A DNA stretch of 64,000 bases, from positions 1 to 64,000 of IMG/VR virus record IMGVR_UViG_3300009166_000001. One strand, 5' to 3'. The notes beneath the pieces are model-generated. The model searched no databases, had not been told where the DNA came from, and worked only from the letters and a program-made list of their open reading frames with translations. Position numbers and translations under genes: made by a program. Positions within the stretch are counted from its first letter, which is position 1, and each line of letters begins with the position of its first letter. Source of the DNA: a virus. This document shows, one piece after another, positions 38,401 to 48,500 of the stretch.

Positions 38401-40128
38401 CGTCACGTTCCGTCGAAGGTCGCATAGGGTCGCCTCGTCTATCGTGGCCGGTCCCCCGCTCCCCTGCTGGAACACGTACAGCGGAACTCCCCTCGTCGGC
38501 TTGTCCAACTGCCCCGTCAGGTGCCTGTCCTGGAACAAGCTCCCACCCATGATCCAGGCCAGCGGGTTCGAGGTGCCGTCCCACATCGTCGGGAAAGCCG
38601 TCGCTGCCGTGATCTTCAGCGTCTCGTCGGACAAGTCCCACCAGAGGTAGTAGTCGGTCGCTGCCAACGGCAGATTCAGGCTGAACACCTGCCCACCCCG
38701 AACGTAGAGTTGCCCATCTACGAGCAGCTTCCCACCGGAGATTGCGAGCGTTCCCAGGATGCTGTCGTAGACCAGCCCGAAGTTGACCTCATTGAACTCG
38801 GACATCGGCAATGGGCTCGGACCCATCCTTCCCGACCACGCCGCGTCATGATCGAAGATGACCCCGGACGTGGACACCGTACCCACCCTCTCCGCGATGT
38901 AGTGCAGAAAGTCGTCCCCTACGATGGACTCCCCGATGTTCCCCCACCTCCGCTCATTGAGCACGTTGGACGCGGCTCCGTAGCCCCACTGGACGAACAG
39001 TCCATCCATCCAGGCTACCGCCGTCCCGATCATGAAGTACGCCTTCTCGTCTATCTCCGGCAGGAAGGTCAGAGCCACGCTCAGAGGCGGCACCGCATCG
39101 ATCAGCGTCCAGTCGAACTGCCCCGGAAGCACTCCTGGCGTCGGGAAGTACACGTCGATCCAGTTCACCCCGTCCGCTGCGTACAGCCGGTAGACCCCCT
39201 CCGGAAGCCCCGCTGTCGGAACCAGAAGCGCCGGTCCCCCACCAAACCGTACCTGCCAGTAGTTCGCTGCCACCACCGTCCTGAACTCGATACTTCCTCC
39301 CCCCGGCAGGATGCTCCTGGAGCACTGGACCACCCAGAACCGACCGATGGCGGCTGGCTGCGAGTACGTCACCCGCTGCTGGAACTGCGGATCCCCCGCA
39401 TCTGCCATGTACGCCCTGTAAAGCCTTACGTCGTTCGCCCCAAGGCCCGGATTCACGAACGAGAACACCGCCGCAGGCTGCGTCCTCTCCCGTCCGTTCA
39501 CGTAGTACGAGTCCCCACCCGGCACCGCTGCCACGTCCAGGGTATCGTCTACTGCCCCGCCACCGTCCGTCACGGACACCGCCAAGGCCCCCGTGGCTGT
39601 CGTGGAGCGCACGATGCCGTTCGTGTGCATGTGCCTCTGATGCTTCTCCAGATCCGCTGCCCCACCACCGCCACCGATCAGGAAGATGTCGAACGAGTCC
39701 CCGTCCTCCATCTTCACCCCGCTCCGGAAGTAGAGATTCGAGCCCGACCGGACACAGATCACGCATCCCTCGTCCGTCTGCTCGCACGCCGCTCTTGATT
39801 CCAGGGTCGAAATGGTAGCCGTCCCCTGCGGCCACCTCTGAATGAACGCCACGAACATCTCACCATCGTTGATGACGATGCTGTCCGCATCCACCTTCCA
39901 TCGCCCACCCGACTGTGCCCCTACGAGGTAGAACGGATCCGTCCAGGAGAGCGTCGATGTCCCCGCGTTCCAGGTGAACACCGCATCGGAGTACATGATC
40001 AGGTTCCGGTCTTCCCGGTGCGCGAACATGTGCGAGTCGATGGACAGCAATGCCGACTGGAAGGCGTTGTACCAGTCCGTCTCGTTCTTGTTCGGGTACG
40101 GAATACCCATCCGTGGCGTACTAGGCAT
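35401..40128 (-). CDS. large tailspike/depolymerase with a long right-handed beta-helix
   Basis: 1575 aa; many GN.I/DN.I parallel beta-helix repeats in the C-terminal half. Confidence 0.75.
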   Translation of the reverse strand: MPSTPRMGIPYPNKNETDWYNAFQSALLSIDSHMFAHREDRNLIMYSDAVFTWNAGTSTLSWTDPFYLVGAQSGGRWKVDADSIVINDGEMFVAFIQRWPQGTATISTLESRAACEQTDEGCVICVRSGSNLYFRSGVKMEDGDSFDIFLIGGGGGAADLEKHQRHMHTNGIVRSTTATGALAVSVTDGGGAVDDTLDVAAVPGGDSYYVNGRERTQPAAVFSFVNPGLGANDVRLYRAYMADAGDPQFQQRVTYSQPAAIGRFWVVQCSRSILPGGGSIEFRTVVAANYWQVRFGGGPALLVPTAGLPEGVYRLYAADGVNWIDVYFPTPGVLPGQFDWTLIDAVPPLSVALTFLPEIDEKAYFMIGTAVAWMDGLFVQWGYGAASNVLNERRWGNIGESIVGDDFLHYIAERVGTVSTSGVIFDHDAAWSGRMGPSPLPMSEFNEVNFGLVYDSILGTLAISGGKLLVDGQLYVRGGQVFSLNLPLAATDYYLWWDLSDETLKITAATAFPTMWDGTSNPLAWIMGGSLFQDRHLTGQLDKPTRGVPLYVFQQGSGGPATIDEATLCDLRRNVTKAALKNNLTVGLRTDWATANFVPFASLPLLNETEAQFGCLDAAFRYINAMPHEWGNDEVGGPALIKRWGRIVEVVGYTEERHWLQVPPDTEIAGSGYSVIGFHANATPETTTFPAAPYPVMLLVGHGNSLRNVMVYARGDISERAAVGLVGPSSTSQVALIGKTVFEDVIVIGEGCCGVLGQTASAFSKPEVVFSRCLIMGWDEGAHGVAAAGMYFETDMTGVTIVDTLIMGQDSGIRVPGWVYSSSIDRSVVWATTGFGGPGVLYPNGYGMFALHVDGLLIHDTQVISEHCHALKLGSGGADGGAILDGCFTFGSNLSGSLVASQLWVDVRATPAILRDSYIDGPDYDATETSNVLVGLVTNGSMDFSRTSCVLHGDAIAWAAGVRISGGRVSIAENHVFGPSFASLAGTTYGIRVLAASVVKIDGCVVDGFPGLGIDVPYAVPDVSIRGCSVDGQNYGNGIRGHGVIEGNEVKNCLSFGIHVYPQSTVVHNRIYGVNMNFERTDVGRVLFEEYGAWGIRYSPSGPGSDDVFSVQAKDNWIYGVYVNLETGPDGHDLCCGIGPVKEVALSLTSRHMRNCHFDGNEIEQVLATAPTTNTEFHGIYLRNPVRQVTADHNSIEGIGGASGAAFSFGIGSLQSGGGATPTYVEDVSISDNSIGSVIGEYVSFGVYCGSGSMVKVNGNAVYGVYVNLATAVNCWAILYADQQSLGIQQSRLQFNRNRIGSGTSAVKPVGYALLGGMMIMQADTPTINELEVIGNQCDRDLEQGVQYILILADGRNFEVKENQIRFSDGSEPSYGIIVSSMAGGLRNVVVDQNESYGEFLSAFVDIDDVDVVHVAGNVQYGFDGLIAEGSGILLNLCNHIDVHDNVIDRCYPNPASVDALVKIRDCQFGSVHDNVLRGPTAVFGIDSLRFEANAVLSCGDLHVHSNKIDPHGVALGPYDLGFYAIGLGTFGPNMTVWANVFGTPAVPGVDNLAALLGSYVPGPVPNNWNGVAFV

Positions 40129-40137
40129 GGCTCACCC

Positions 40138-42258
40138 TCACGTCGGCGGGTTGGAGATCACGTAGGAGATCGTCAACGTCCCCAGCGTGATCGTTTCCTT
40201 CTCGTCCACCACCAGATTCCCGCTGCCATCCAAGTGGTCGGACGGCCCCGTGATCCTGATGTTCGAGAAGTCCACTCCGTCTATGTCGTCGCACTGGTCA
40301 TGGATCTCGCTCCGGTAGAGGTTCAATCCGAAGGCCCGCTTCTTCAAGATGGACCTGATGTTCCGATCCGCTACCGCCACGATCTCTTCCCCGATGTAGC
40401 CCCGTATCACCCCCAACGTGATCACGATCTGCGCCGGAACCAAGTAGAAGGATCCGTCCACCACGTTCACCGTCTGCGTGACTTCCTTCCGCTCTTCCAG
40501 GTACGCCTGCACCGCCGCGATCAGGCTCAGGGTCGGAGCCGTGTAGAACCCGTCCGCATCCGTGCTCAGGATCGGCACCACGACGAGATTGGCCTTGCAG
40601 TCTTCGCTCAGGATCTCGTCCACGTGGTTGTAGATGCAGTCCAGGCCCGAATTCACGTCGTCGTCCAGGTTCAGCACATAGGTCTGCGCCTGCTGGACAT
40701 GCCCCTTCATGAGAGCCAACTGCGCCTGTGCCAACGTCGATGCCGATTGCGCCGTCCCGATCCGACTCGTAGCCGTGCTCACCAACGACTTCGAGGCTGT
40801 CACCTCCGCGTTGACGATCCCTACCTGTCCTTCGACTCCCGACTTGGCTGCCCGAATCTGGCCGATGAAAACCAGAGCAGCCGCCTCTTGCGCCGGAGTA
40901 ATGATGAGCGCCGCTACCCATCCAGCCAACAGCCCTTCTAGCCCCTGGATCTGGATCTCCTGCGTTGCCGTCGAACCAAGGATGGAGGTACTGGCTGCCA
41001 GGATGTCGTTCAGGTTCCCATCCACTTGCCCCAGATACGTCACCGCTTCGGCCAGAGCAGCATCGAGCCCCATGAAGTAGATCGTGATCAGCCCCTCGTT
41101 CCCTATCGCCGCCGCAAGCTCCGTGGCAATCAATCCGGAGTAGTAGAGCAGTCCATTCCTGATGATGTTCAGGCAGTCCGCAAGAGCTACGTCCCCGCTC
41201 GCGCTCCGGGCCGTGTACGCCTGCGCCATCGCCACGGTGCCATACGCTGCCGATGCGTATGCCGTCGCCCGTGCAATGTAGTCCGGCCTCGTGATATTCA
41301 CGTCCCGCGCCCGGTACACCTGTGGAGCCAAGGTCTTCGCCCGAATCAGATCCTCCGCGTTGTCCCCTCCCCCCGATGGCAACGGATTCGTCACCGTCTG
41401 CTCGATGGTGTTGCCTCCGACTACCAGCGGATCCACTGTCTCCGTGATCCGATCCGCCAGGATCCGCCCGGACGCCCCTAGCGTCTGGATGTACTTCACC
41501 GTGATCGTCGCTGCCGATGGAGGGATGTTCCCCGTGATCCCGTCCCCGAACACTACCGCCGGAGGCTTTCCGTTGTAGTCCACCTCGTACTGGTTCGTCG
41601 CCTCGTAGGTCAGGAAGTCGTGGCGAGTCCAGAGCGTGACCCCCACGTACACCTCGTCCGACTCCCACGCCAACGCCTTGTCATCTGGCACCCCCAACTC
41701 GAACCTCTGCGACACCGACCCATCCGACACGAAGTTCTCAGTCTTCGTCTCCCCTTCCCGGATCGATACGGTCTTCGGTCCCACCTCCCCTGGCAGGAAC
41801 GTCAGAGCCGTCACGTTCTCCCAGATGTTCCCCGACGTGTCCTTCCACTGGAACCCCTTCGGGTACGTCACCACGAAGGCGTAGGACTGGTCCAGCGTCA
41901 CCTGGAGGTCTACCGTCGCCGGGACCGCCCCATACATCTTGTAGCCGATGGTCCGCGTCATGATCGACACGGCTTCCCTCGTCCGCGCCGTCTCCAGGTA
42001 TGCCTCGCTCGCCTTCCGGTCCAGGTAGAAGCTCAGGAGATCCATCGCCCAACACGTCACGTCCACCAGCATGATCGCCGGGTCCGATGCGACGAAGTTG
42101 TTGAACGTCGAGAAGAACACCGTCTGCACTCGGAAAATCACGTCGTCGTAGAACGTGAAGAAGTCCCGTCCGAAATACTTGGTCCGATTCAGGTCGTCCC
42201 GCGAGATCGGGTACGCCCGTGGCCTCGGAGGGGTAGCCGTGGAGCCCTGTGCCGACAT
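40138..42258 (-). CDS. baseplate J / T4 gp6-like wedge protein with helical insertion
   Basis: RDF..., SDPAIMLV, LSFYLDR.ASEAYLETA, FGDG..G.IP, GGDNAED, T..DY. Confidence 0.88.
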   Translation of the reverse strand: MSAQGSTATPPRPRAYPISRDDLNRTKYFGRDFFTFYDDVIFRVQTVFFSTFNNFVASDPAIMLVDVTCWAMDLLSFYLDRKASEAYLETARTREAVSIMTRTIGYKMYGAVPATVDLQVTLDQSYAFVVTYPKGFQWKDTSGNIWENVTALTFLPGEVGPKTVSIREGETKTENFVSDGSVSQRFELGVPDDKALAWESDEVYVGVTLWTRHDFLTYEATNQYEVDYNGKPPAVVFGDGITGNIPPSAATITVKYIQTLGASGRILADRITETVDPLVVGGNTIEQTVTNPLPSGGGDNAEDLIRAKTLAPQVYRARDVNITRPDYIARATAYASAAYGTVAMAQAYTARSASGDVALADCLNIIRNGLLYYSGLIATELAAAIGNEGLITIYFMGLDAALAEAVTYLGQVDGNLNDILAASTSILGSTATQEIQIQGLEGLLAGWVAALIITPAQEAAALVFIGQIRAAKSGVEGQVGIVNAEVTASKSLVSTATSRIGTAQSASTLAQAQLALMKGHVQQAQTYVLNLDDDVNSGLDCIYNHVDEILSEDCKANLVVVPILSTDADGFYTAPTLSLIAAVQAYLEERKEVTQTVNVVDGSFYLVPAQIVITLGVIRGYIGEEIVAVADRNIRSILKKRAFGLNLYRSEIHDQCDDIDGVDFSNIRITGPSDHLDGSGNLVVDEKETITLGTLTISYVISNPPT

Positions 42259-42260
42259 CT

Positions 42261-42656
42261 CTACCCTCCCTGCCTCTTGATCGTGATCGACTGCTCGATG
42301 TAGTCGCTCTTGATGTAGTAGCCCACGTCCAAGATGATGACGTTCGGTTCCCCCCGATCATCTGTCCCTATCTCTGCCCCCACCGCCTGTACCGTGATCC
42401 GCGGCTCGTTCAGTTCCAGCGCCCGCCTCACCTCGATCTCTGCCCTCGCCATCAGAAGCTCATCGTTGTTCTCGAAGATGAAGCTGTAGATGTTGCAGCC
42501 GTAGGTCGGGCGCATCCTCCTGGTCCCGATCTGCGTGTTGAGGATGTCCCGTACCGAATCCTGAACGCTCCGGTAGATGTCCACCAGTTCGGGGTACGTC
42601 TTGACCCCCAGAATCAGGGGATCCCCGTAGGCGTTGTAGATTCCAGGCTGCGGCAT
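42261..42656 (-). CDS. GPW/gp25 baseplate wedge protein
   Basis: ILNT.IG.RRMRPTYGC...ALELNEPRI. Confidence 0.9.
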   Translation of the reverse strand: MPQPGIYNAYGDPLILGVKTYPELVDIYRSVQDSVRDILNTQIGTRRMRPTYGCNIYSFIFENNDELLMARAEIEVRRALELNEPRITVQAVGAEIGTDDRGEPNVIILDVGYYIKSDYIEQSITIKRQGG

Positions 42657-42684
42657 CCCTAACCTCTTGCAATCAATTGCAACG

Positions 42685-43569
42685 TCACGTCTTGAACGTC
42701 GGGATCAAGGTCTTCTGCAACTTCGGCACCAGCAAGAGCATCTGTGCTGCCGTCGATGGATCCGTGACCCCCACGCCGCCCGTGACCGCCACCTTGAAGT
42801 TCGCCAACTGCGAAACCAACTGGTTCAACACGTTCACCAGATCCTCTCCTCTCACACTCGCCTTCGCCCCCGATGTCACGCCCCCAGGCCCCCACGTGAA
42901 GGTAGTCGCCTTCACCGTCGCCTGCCCATTCTCCAGGACCACACTTGCCTGCCCGGAGATCACCTCCAGCTTGTTCGTGGCAGACCGGATCTCGTTGTTC
43001 TTCTCGTCCTTTATATCAAAGGTCCCATCCACCTTCAATTCGAGTTGCGTCCCGTTCTCGGTCGTGATCAGGACGTGATCCTTGTCCATCGTGATCTTGT
43101 GCTTGCCCATCCAGGCAAGCTCAACCTCTTCCTCCCCGTCCTTGTCGATGAACGTGAGGTAATGCTGTGCTATCGACCAGAACATCCACGCCGCAGGAGC
43201 CACGTCCGCGATCTTCGACGGAAGCTCATCCTTCCCGAACCATCCCCCCGTGTAGATCGGGTGCTTCACGCGCCCCACCTCGAACTCCACCCATACCGTC
43301 GTGTCCTTCGCGGGCGGCGGCACGTAGATCCCGAACGACTTCCCATCCACCTTCCCACATGGAGCCGGGTACTTCGGGAGCGCCCACAGCCAGTCCGTCG
43401 AACCGTGCCCTATCGCCGGGATCCGTACCTTGATCCGTCCGACTCCCTCCGGGTCCTCGTTGTCCACCACATAGGCCCTGTACCGACCATAGAACAGGTT
43501 GTAGCCCTCCAGGCCCCACGCCTTCAACGTCGAAAAGAACTTCCCGAACGGTGAACGAAGATCGAACAT
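42685..43569 (-). CDS. baseplate spike (gp5/gpV/VgrG OB-fold)
   Basis: YGRYRAYVVDNEDPEGVGRIKVRIP; VWVEFE.G...PIY.G. Confidence 0.9.
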   Translation of the reverse strand: MFDLRSPFGKFFSTLKAWGLEGYNLFYGRYRAYVVDNEDPEGVGRIKVRIPAIGHGSTDWLWALPKYPAPCGKVDGKSFGIYVPPPAKDTTVWVEFEVGRVKHPIYTGGWFGKDELPSKIADVAPAAWMFWSIAQHYLTFIDKDGEEEVELAWMGKHKITMDKDHVLITTENGTQLELKVDGTFDIKDEKNNEIRSATNKLEVISGQASVVLENGQATVKATTFTWGPGGVTSGAKASVRGEDLVNVLNQLVSQLANFKVAVTGGVGVTDPSTAAQMLLLVPKLQKTLIPTFKT

Positions 43570-45225
43570 CTACACTGCTTCCTCTGTCCCGCTCGGTCCA
43601 GCCTCAGTAGACGGCATCTCCACCTGCGGGTACGCCTGCTCCACCACCTCTGCCGCCAACAACGGCCTCGAAGTCTCCAGAAGCCCGCTGCCCTTCGGGA
43701 AGTCCGACTTCACCGCATCGAAGTCAGTATCCCACGTTCCAGCACTCAGCGAATGCGTCACCTTGATCACCTTGTAGACCCCATCGAACCGAACCCCTAC
43801 CCCCCGCACCCCCACAAGCATCATCGGGTTAGCGTCCGGCATCCCTATCGACTTCAGCGTGGCCTTGATCCCCCCGCTCATAGCTGCCTCATCGTAGTAG
43901 GACTGCATTCGCCCCTCCTCGGACGAATCCCTTCCCACCGGGGATGCTATTTTCACTCCCCCCGGAGCCGTGTCTACTGGAGCATCGTGCATCATCGGAT
44001 GCCCACTCTTGGTCGTCAGGACCGCCTCGTACCCCCGCTGCTCTATCGCCTCCAGGGCAAGCTCCGACAGTTCGAGTTCGTCCTGTAGCTGCTGATCCTT
44101 CTGCCTCTTGTCTATGAACGCCTGCTGCGTGGCAAACTTCGGAGCGAATGCCGCACCTCCAGTTGCCCTCACCCCCACGGTTTCTTCCCCGTGCGACGGC
44201 ATCTTCGAGGTCCCCTCGTTGGCCTCTACGTTCACATCCTTCTTCTTCATCGGATCGATGTCGGATGCCGTACCCCCGAACTGCCACCTGTCCCAGAACA
44301 CCTGCGGCGAGTCACTGGAAAAACCCGTCAGCGGATAGATACCCTTCTCCACGTTGATGTTCGAGAACATCACCAGTTCCCGCTTCACCTCCTGGCTCAT
44401 GACCGATGCCCGGTTGATGAAGGTGAAGGCGTAAATCTCCCCCGTCTGCGGGTGCGGCCACATGACGCACTTCATGTTCGCTTCCAGGCAGACCCACGCG
44501 ATGAAGGCTTCGATAGTGTGCTCCTCCGGCCAGAACCTTCCCCCCGCCACCAGACCAGTCTCTACCCCCCCATCCAGCCACTCGTTGTCCTCCTCCTTCT
44601 TCCCCGCTATCGCGCTCTCGTAGAACTGGACCACGAAGCCCGCTTCCTCCAGGAAGGCCCGCACCACCTCCCGCCTGCTCGTCTTGCCCTTGATGTACTT
44701 CCCCATGTCGAATCGGAGCCGACCCAACCGCATCCCAGTGATCTTCGCAGTCAACGTGATGTCGTACCCCATCGGATCGAAGTTCGGCTGCGGTGCTTCT
44801 GTGACACCAGAGAAGATCGGTGTCCAGATATCCGCCTTCGGCCATCCAGCCTGAACGACCAGCGTGTTCCCGAACCTCGATATCTCGTTGTCCAGGAACC
44901 ATCGCCCCATCCGGAAGTCCATCTTCATCGTCACCGTGATCTGTCCGTGGACCCCCGGCCCCCACTCGACCGTCAAGCTCTCCACCACCGGGAAGTCGGG
45001 CATGTCTGCCACGTCTGTCTTCAGCCACAGCGGGAACTCCACAAACCCATCCGGTCGCTTCGAGAGGATCTTCGCTCTGACCACGTAGGAATCATCTAAG
45101 CCCAGCCACTTATCCTTCGTGGACGGATCCACCAGGATCGGCTGTCCCCCCGACAGTTCCGGCTTCTCCCACTTGTTCGGGGCCGGTACTGACGCGGAGA
45201 AAGCTGCGCTTGGCGGCAGAGGCAT
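43570..45225 (-). CDS. baseplate hub (gp27/gpD-like)
   Basis: position; C-terminal IG.P....V.VRGVG.RFDG.Y.V..VTH. Confidence 0.75.
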   Translation of the reverse strand: MPLPPSAAFSASVPAPNKWEKPELSGGQPILVDPSTKDKWLGLDDSYVVRAKILSKRPDGFVEFPLWLKTDVADMPDFPVVESLTVEWGPGVHGQITVTMKMDFRMGRWFLDNEISRFGNTLVVQAGWPKADIWTPIFSGVTEAPQPNFDPMGYDITLTAKITGMRLGRLRFDMGKYIKGKTSRREVVRAFLEEAGFVVQFYESAIAGKKEEDNEWLDGGVETGLVAGGRFWPEEHTIEAFIAWVCLEANMKCVMWPHPQTGEIYAFTFINRASVMSQEVKRELVMFSNINVEKGIYPLTGFSSDSPQVFWDRWQFGGTASDIDPMKKKDVNVEANEGTSKMPSHGEETVGVRATGGAAFAPKFATQQAFIDKRQKDQQLQDELELSELALEAIEQRGYEAVLTTKSGHPMMHDAPVDTAPGGVKIASPVGRDSSEEGRMQSYYDEAAMSGGIKATLKSIGMPDANPMMLVGVRGVGVRFDGVYKVIKVTHSLSAGTWDTDFDAVKSDFPKGSGLLETSRPLLAAEVVEQAYPQVEMPSTEAGPSGTEEAV

Positions 45226-45226
45226 A

Positions 45227-45550
45227 CTACCCCTTCCGTGACTTCTTCAAGAAACTCGTGACTCGTTCCTTGGACGGGATCCGAAGCACCTGCCCCGGAT
45301 ACATTTCCAACGGAGGCAGATCGACGTTGTTGGCAAGCGCGATCACGAACCACAGTTCCGGCGTGTCGTAGTATTCCTGCGAGAGATTGTCCAGGCTCGT
45401 GTTCAACTTCACCTCCACCAGCACATCGTCATCGGACGGAAGGAACTCCGGGTAGGTCGGCATCCCAAACCACTCGAAGTCCCCCTTGTAGAAGTGAGTC
45501 GAGAACAACGCTCGGCAGTTCGGCCTCAGATTGATCCGCTTCCGTGCCAT
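45227..45550 (-). CDS. LysM-like baseplate protein (gpX/T4 gp53-like)
   Basis: LDNLSQEYYDTPELWFVIALAN...GQVLRIP. Confidence 0.85.
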   Translation of the reverse strand: MARKRINLRPNCRALFSTHFYKGDFEWFGMPTYPEFLPSDDDVLVEVKLNTSLDNLSQEYYDTPELWFVIALANNVDLPPLEMYPGQVLRIPSKERVTSFLKKSRKG

Positions 45551-48500
45551 CAGCCGTAGGCTCCTAGCATCTGTGCGTCTCCGGTATCACTCAGCTTGCC
45601 CTTGATGTAGAGCTTGTCCGGCATGTTCACGATCACGTTCCCTCCCGCCGTGGCCTGCGTCACTCCACCTGCCGACGCTACCACTCCCAATCCCTTGATC
45701 TTCGCTGCGGGAGGTGGAGGAGCCGTCACCGTAACTCCACCCGTCGTGTAGGCTGCCTGTGCCGCCGCTACACCAGCCGATACGCTCTTCGCTGCCTCTG
45801 CCGTCTCAGTGGCCGCCTTGACTTGCGCCGCCTTAGCTGCCTTCCCCTTCTTCCCCTTCGGAATCACATCAGTAAGCCCTTCAAGCTGCGCTCCTGCCAA
45901 TGCCTCAGTGAACGCCAGCCCTTCCTTTGCCATCTCCCCCTTTGTCTTTCCTACCATTCCCGACAAAGAACCCTGCGAGAACAGAACTCCACCAGAAGCA
46001 GAGAGCATCTGGAGCATCGCTCCCTTATCGGCACCCTCATACCCCGCCACTGCCTCCTTCATCATGGTAGCAGCTTCTTCTGGTGTTGCTGCCTTGCTCA
46101 TCTCACTCAGGATCGAAGCCGCGTCCTTTTGCAGCTTCGGCATCTTGCCCTTCTTGACGCCCAAGTCCGCTGCCATTCCAGAGAAGGATTCCAGAGTCGC
46201 TACGGCTCCCTTCTGAACCTGCTCCGTTAGTCCAGTGACACTCTTCTTTGTTACCACTTCCTGATCGTTTTGAAGTCCGATGATCTGCCTCTCGATGTCG
46301 TCCAAGGTTTTCTCCGTAGACTTCGACATCGCGGCCGCGCCCTCCTGCCCCAAGGCCCCCGAAATAGCCTGCTTCCATGACTCTGGAGCAAAAGCTACGC
46401 CCAACCCTATCACTGGCATCGCCGGGGCCAACGCCAACGCCGCCACGGTAGCCGCAGCCCCCGCCGCCCCCTTCCCCATCTGCTTCGTTCCCTCCCACAA
46501 AGCAGATAGATTCTCTATCGTCTTCTCTTGACTCGCGGCCACCTTCTGATTCGTCTGGATCTGTTGAGCCTGATAGGTCTGTGCTTGCTGAATGATCTGC
46601 CCATTCAGTGCCGCCTCTTCCTTCTTGCGCTCGATCCGTTTCTTGTCGGACTCCTCCAGCTTCTTGTTGATCTCCTTGTCAACCGTCTCGCCCACACTCA
46701 GCACGAAGTTCTCAAAGGTCTTAAACCCCTCGAACTCGCGCAAGGTCTTCTTCGCGGATTCTGGCAGCTTATCGAGCAACGTATAGAAGCCACCAATGAC
46801 GTTCTTGAACATCGTCATTGATCCCAGGACTGCTTGATCTAGAACATCCTGGATTCCCCACCACAGCTTCTTCAACTGCAAGTTTGCCTTCAGCACAATG
46901 AGCTTGCCGTACTCCCAGAACTCGGCTGCCTTCCCCTTGAAGAACTCCACCCATGTCTTTCCAGAGGAAACCAGCGTCGATCCTATACCTTGAATTACCT
47001 TCCATGCCCCCACACCCAGGTTCTTAAACGAGTCTGCTACGAATCCGATAGCCCACGCGGCCCCACCAGTGATCTTCTCCCACAACCACTCGAACGTCTT
47101 GCCAATCTGCTCTCCCGTGATCTTGTTCAAGCCCATCCATTCGGCAGTCGCATCCCGCAACTTTCTCGTGATCCCCAAAGTCATCGTATCGGATGCCTCT
47201 ACAACTCCACCCATAGCCCCCTTGAACGATGCCTCGATGTAGTCACTGGTCGTGGCCGTTTCGCCCTGGATATCGTCCATAGCGATAGCCCACTGCTCCC
47301 TGAATCCCTTAACTGCCCCCCCCGCTGCCGTCAGAGCCGCAGCCACAGGAACAGCCTTCACTCCACCCATCGCCGCAGCACCGCCATACCCTGCCAGTCC
47401 CGCTCCAACCCCGATCTCGCCTCCCGCCGCAGCCACACCGCCCATAGCTAGACCAGGAAGCATCCCCGCGCCCGCGCCCATGCCCGTGACGCCCTTCCAG
47501 CCTACCGCCTTGCCCATCCCCGCCTTCATCGCGGCCCATCTTCCCGGCTGCGTCTGCATGACCGCCCCAGGCCCGGAGATTGCCCCAGGAAGCATCGGGG
47601 CTCCCCCACCCGCACCTTCCATCCCACACGTCGGAACGCACTCTGGAATGCCTGCCAGAACCCCAGCAGGTGCCTTCGTTGCCTTCTTGCCCAACGCCCC
47701 CAACATCCCCATCCCGTCCTTGCGGATCTTCTTGATCCCCCCCAACACCAGAGGCAACCCGATCAGTGCCCCTGCCCCCAAGACATTCTCCAAACCGAAC
47801 CCGGCCTTGACTGCATCCCCTATACCCCCGCTCGCGCCCTCGATCTCCTTCTCAGCCCCCCCGAACATCTTCCCCCACTCGATCTTGCCAAAGGCCGACG
47901 CGATACCCTTCGCCAGCCCGGAGATCAAGTCCGGGGTCTTCGCCACCACCTTTCCCACCGCAGACGTGAGATTCACCGCGATCTTCGCCAACGACTCCCC
48001 GAACTTCTCGTAGTCTGCCTTCGCCAACGCATTCGAGATCCCCTCTGCCAGCTTTGTCGCCAACGTCACCAGTACGTCCGACCCGATCTCGAACGCCTCC
48101 ATCCCGACCGTGAACGCCTTCCCGAACGCCTCCATCCCATCGGAAGCCACCTTGCCCCACAGTTCCGGCCCCGCCAACTTCGCAAGGGCTTTCTTCTCGC
48201 CCTTCTCTAGATCCTTCCCCGTCAGGAGGTAGTTCAACCCCCGCAAGAGCATAATCGGAAGCTCCGTCTTGAAGAACTTGGCGATGCTGCTCTCCTCCCC
48301 ATCCTTCCACTTCCGCGACAGGAGCGTGAACCCTCCTATCGCCACAGCCAGGATCCCCAACGGCCCGAAGATGCTCAGGGCCAGCTTCGGCAGTCCCCCC
48401 AACATCCCGGAGAATGACGCCAGAGGCCCCCCCAACATCGACAACGGGCTCAGTGCCATCTTGAATGGAGCCGCCAACATCGCCGGTCGGAATCCCAAGG

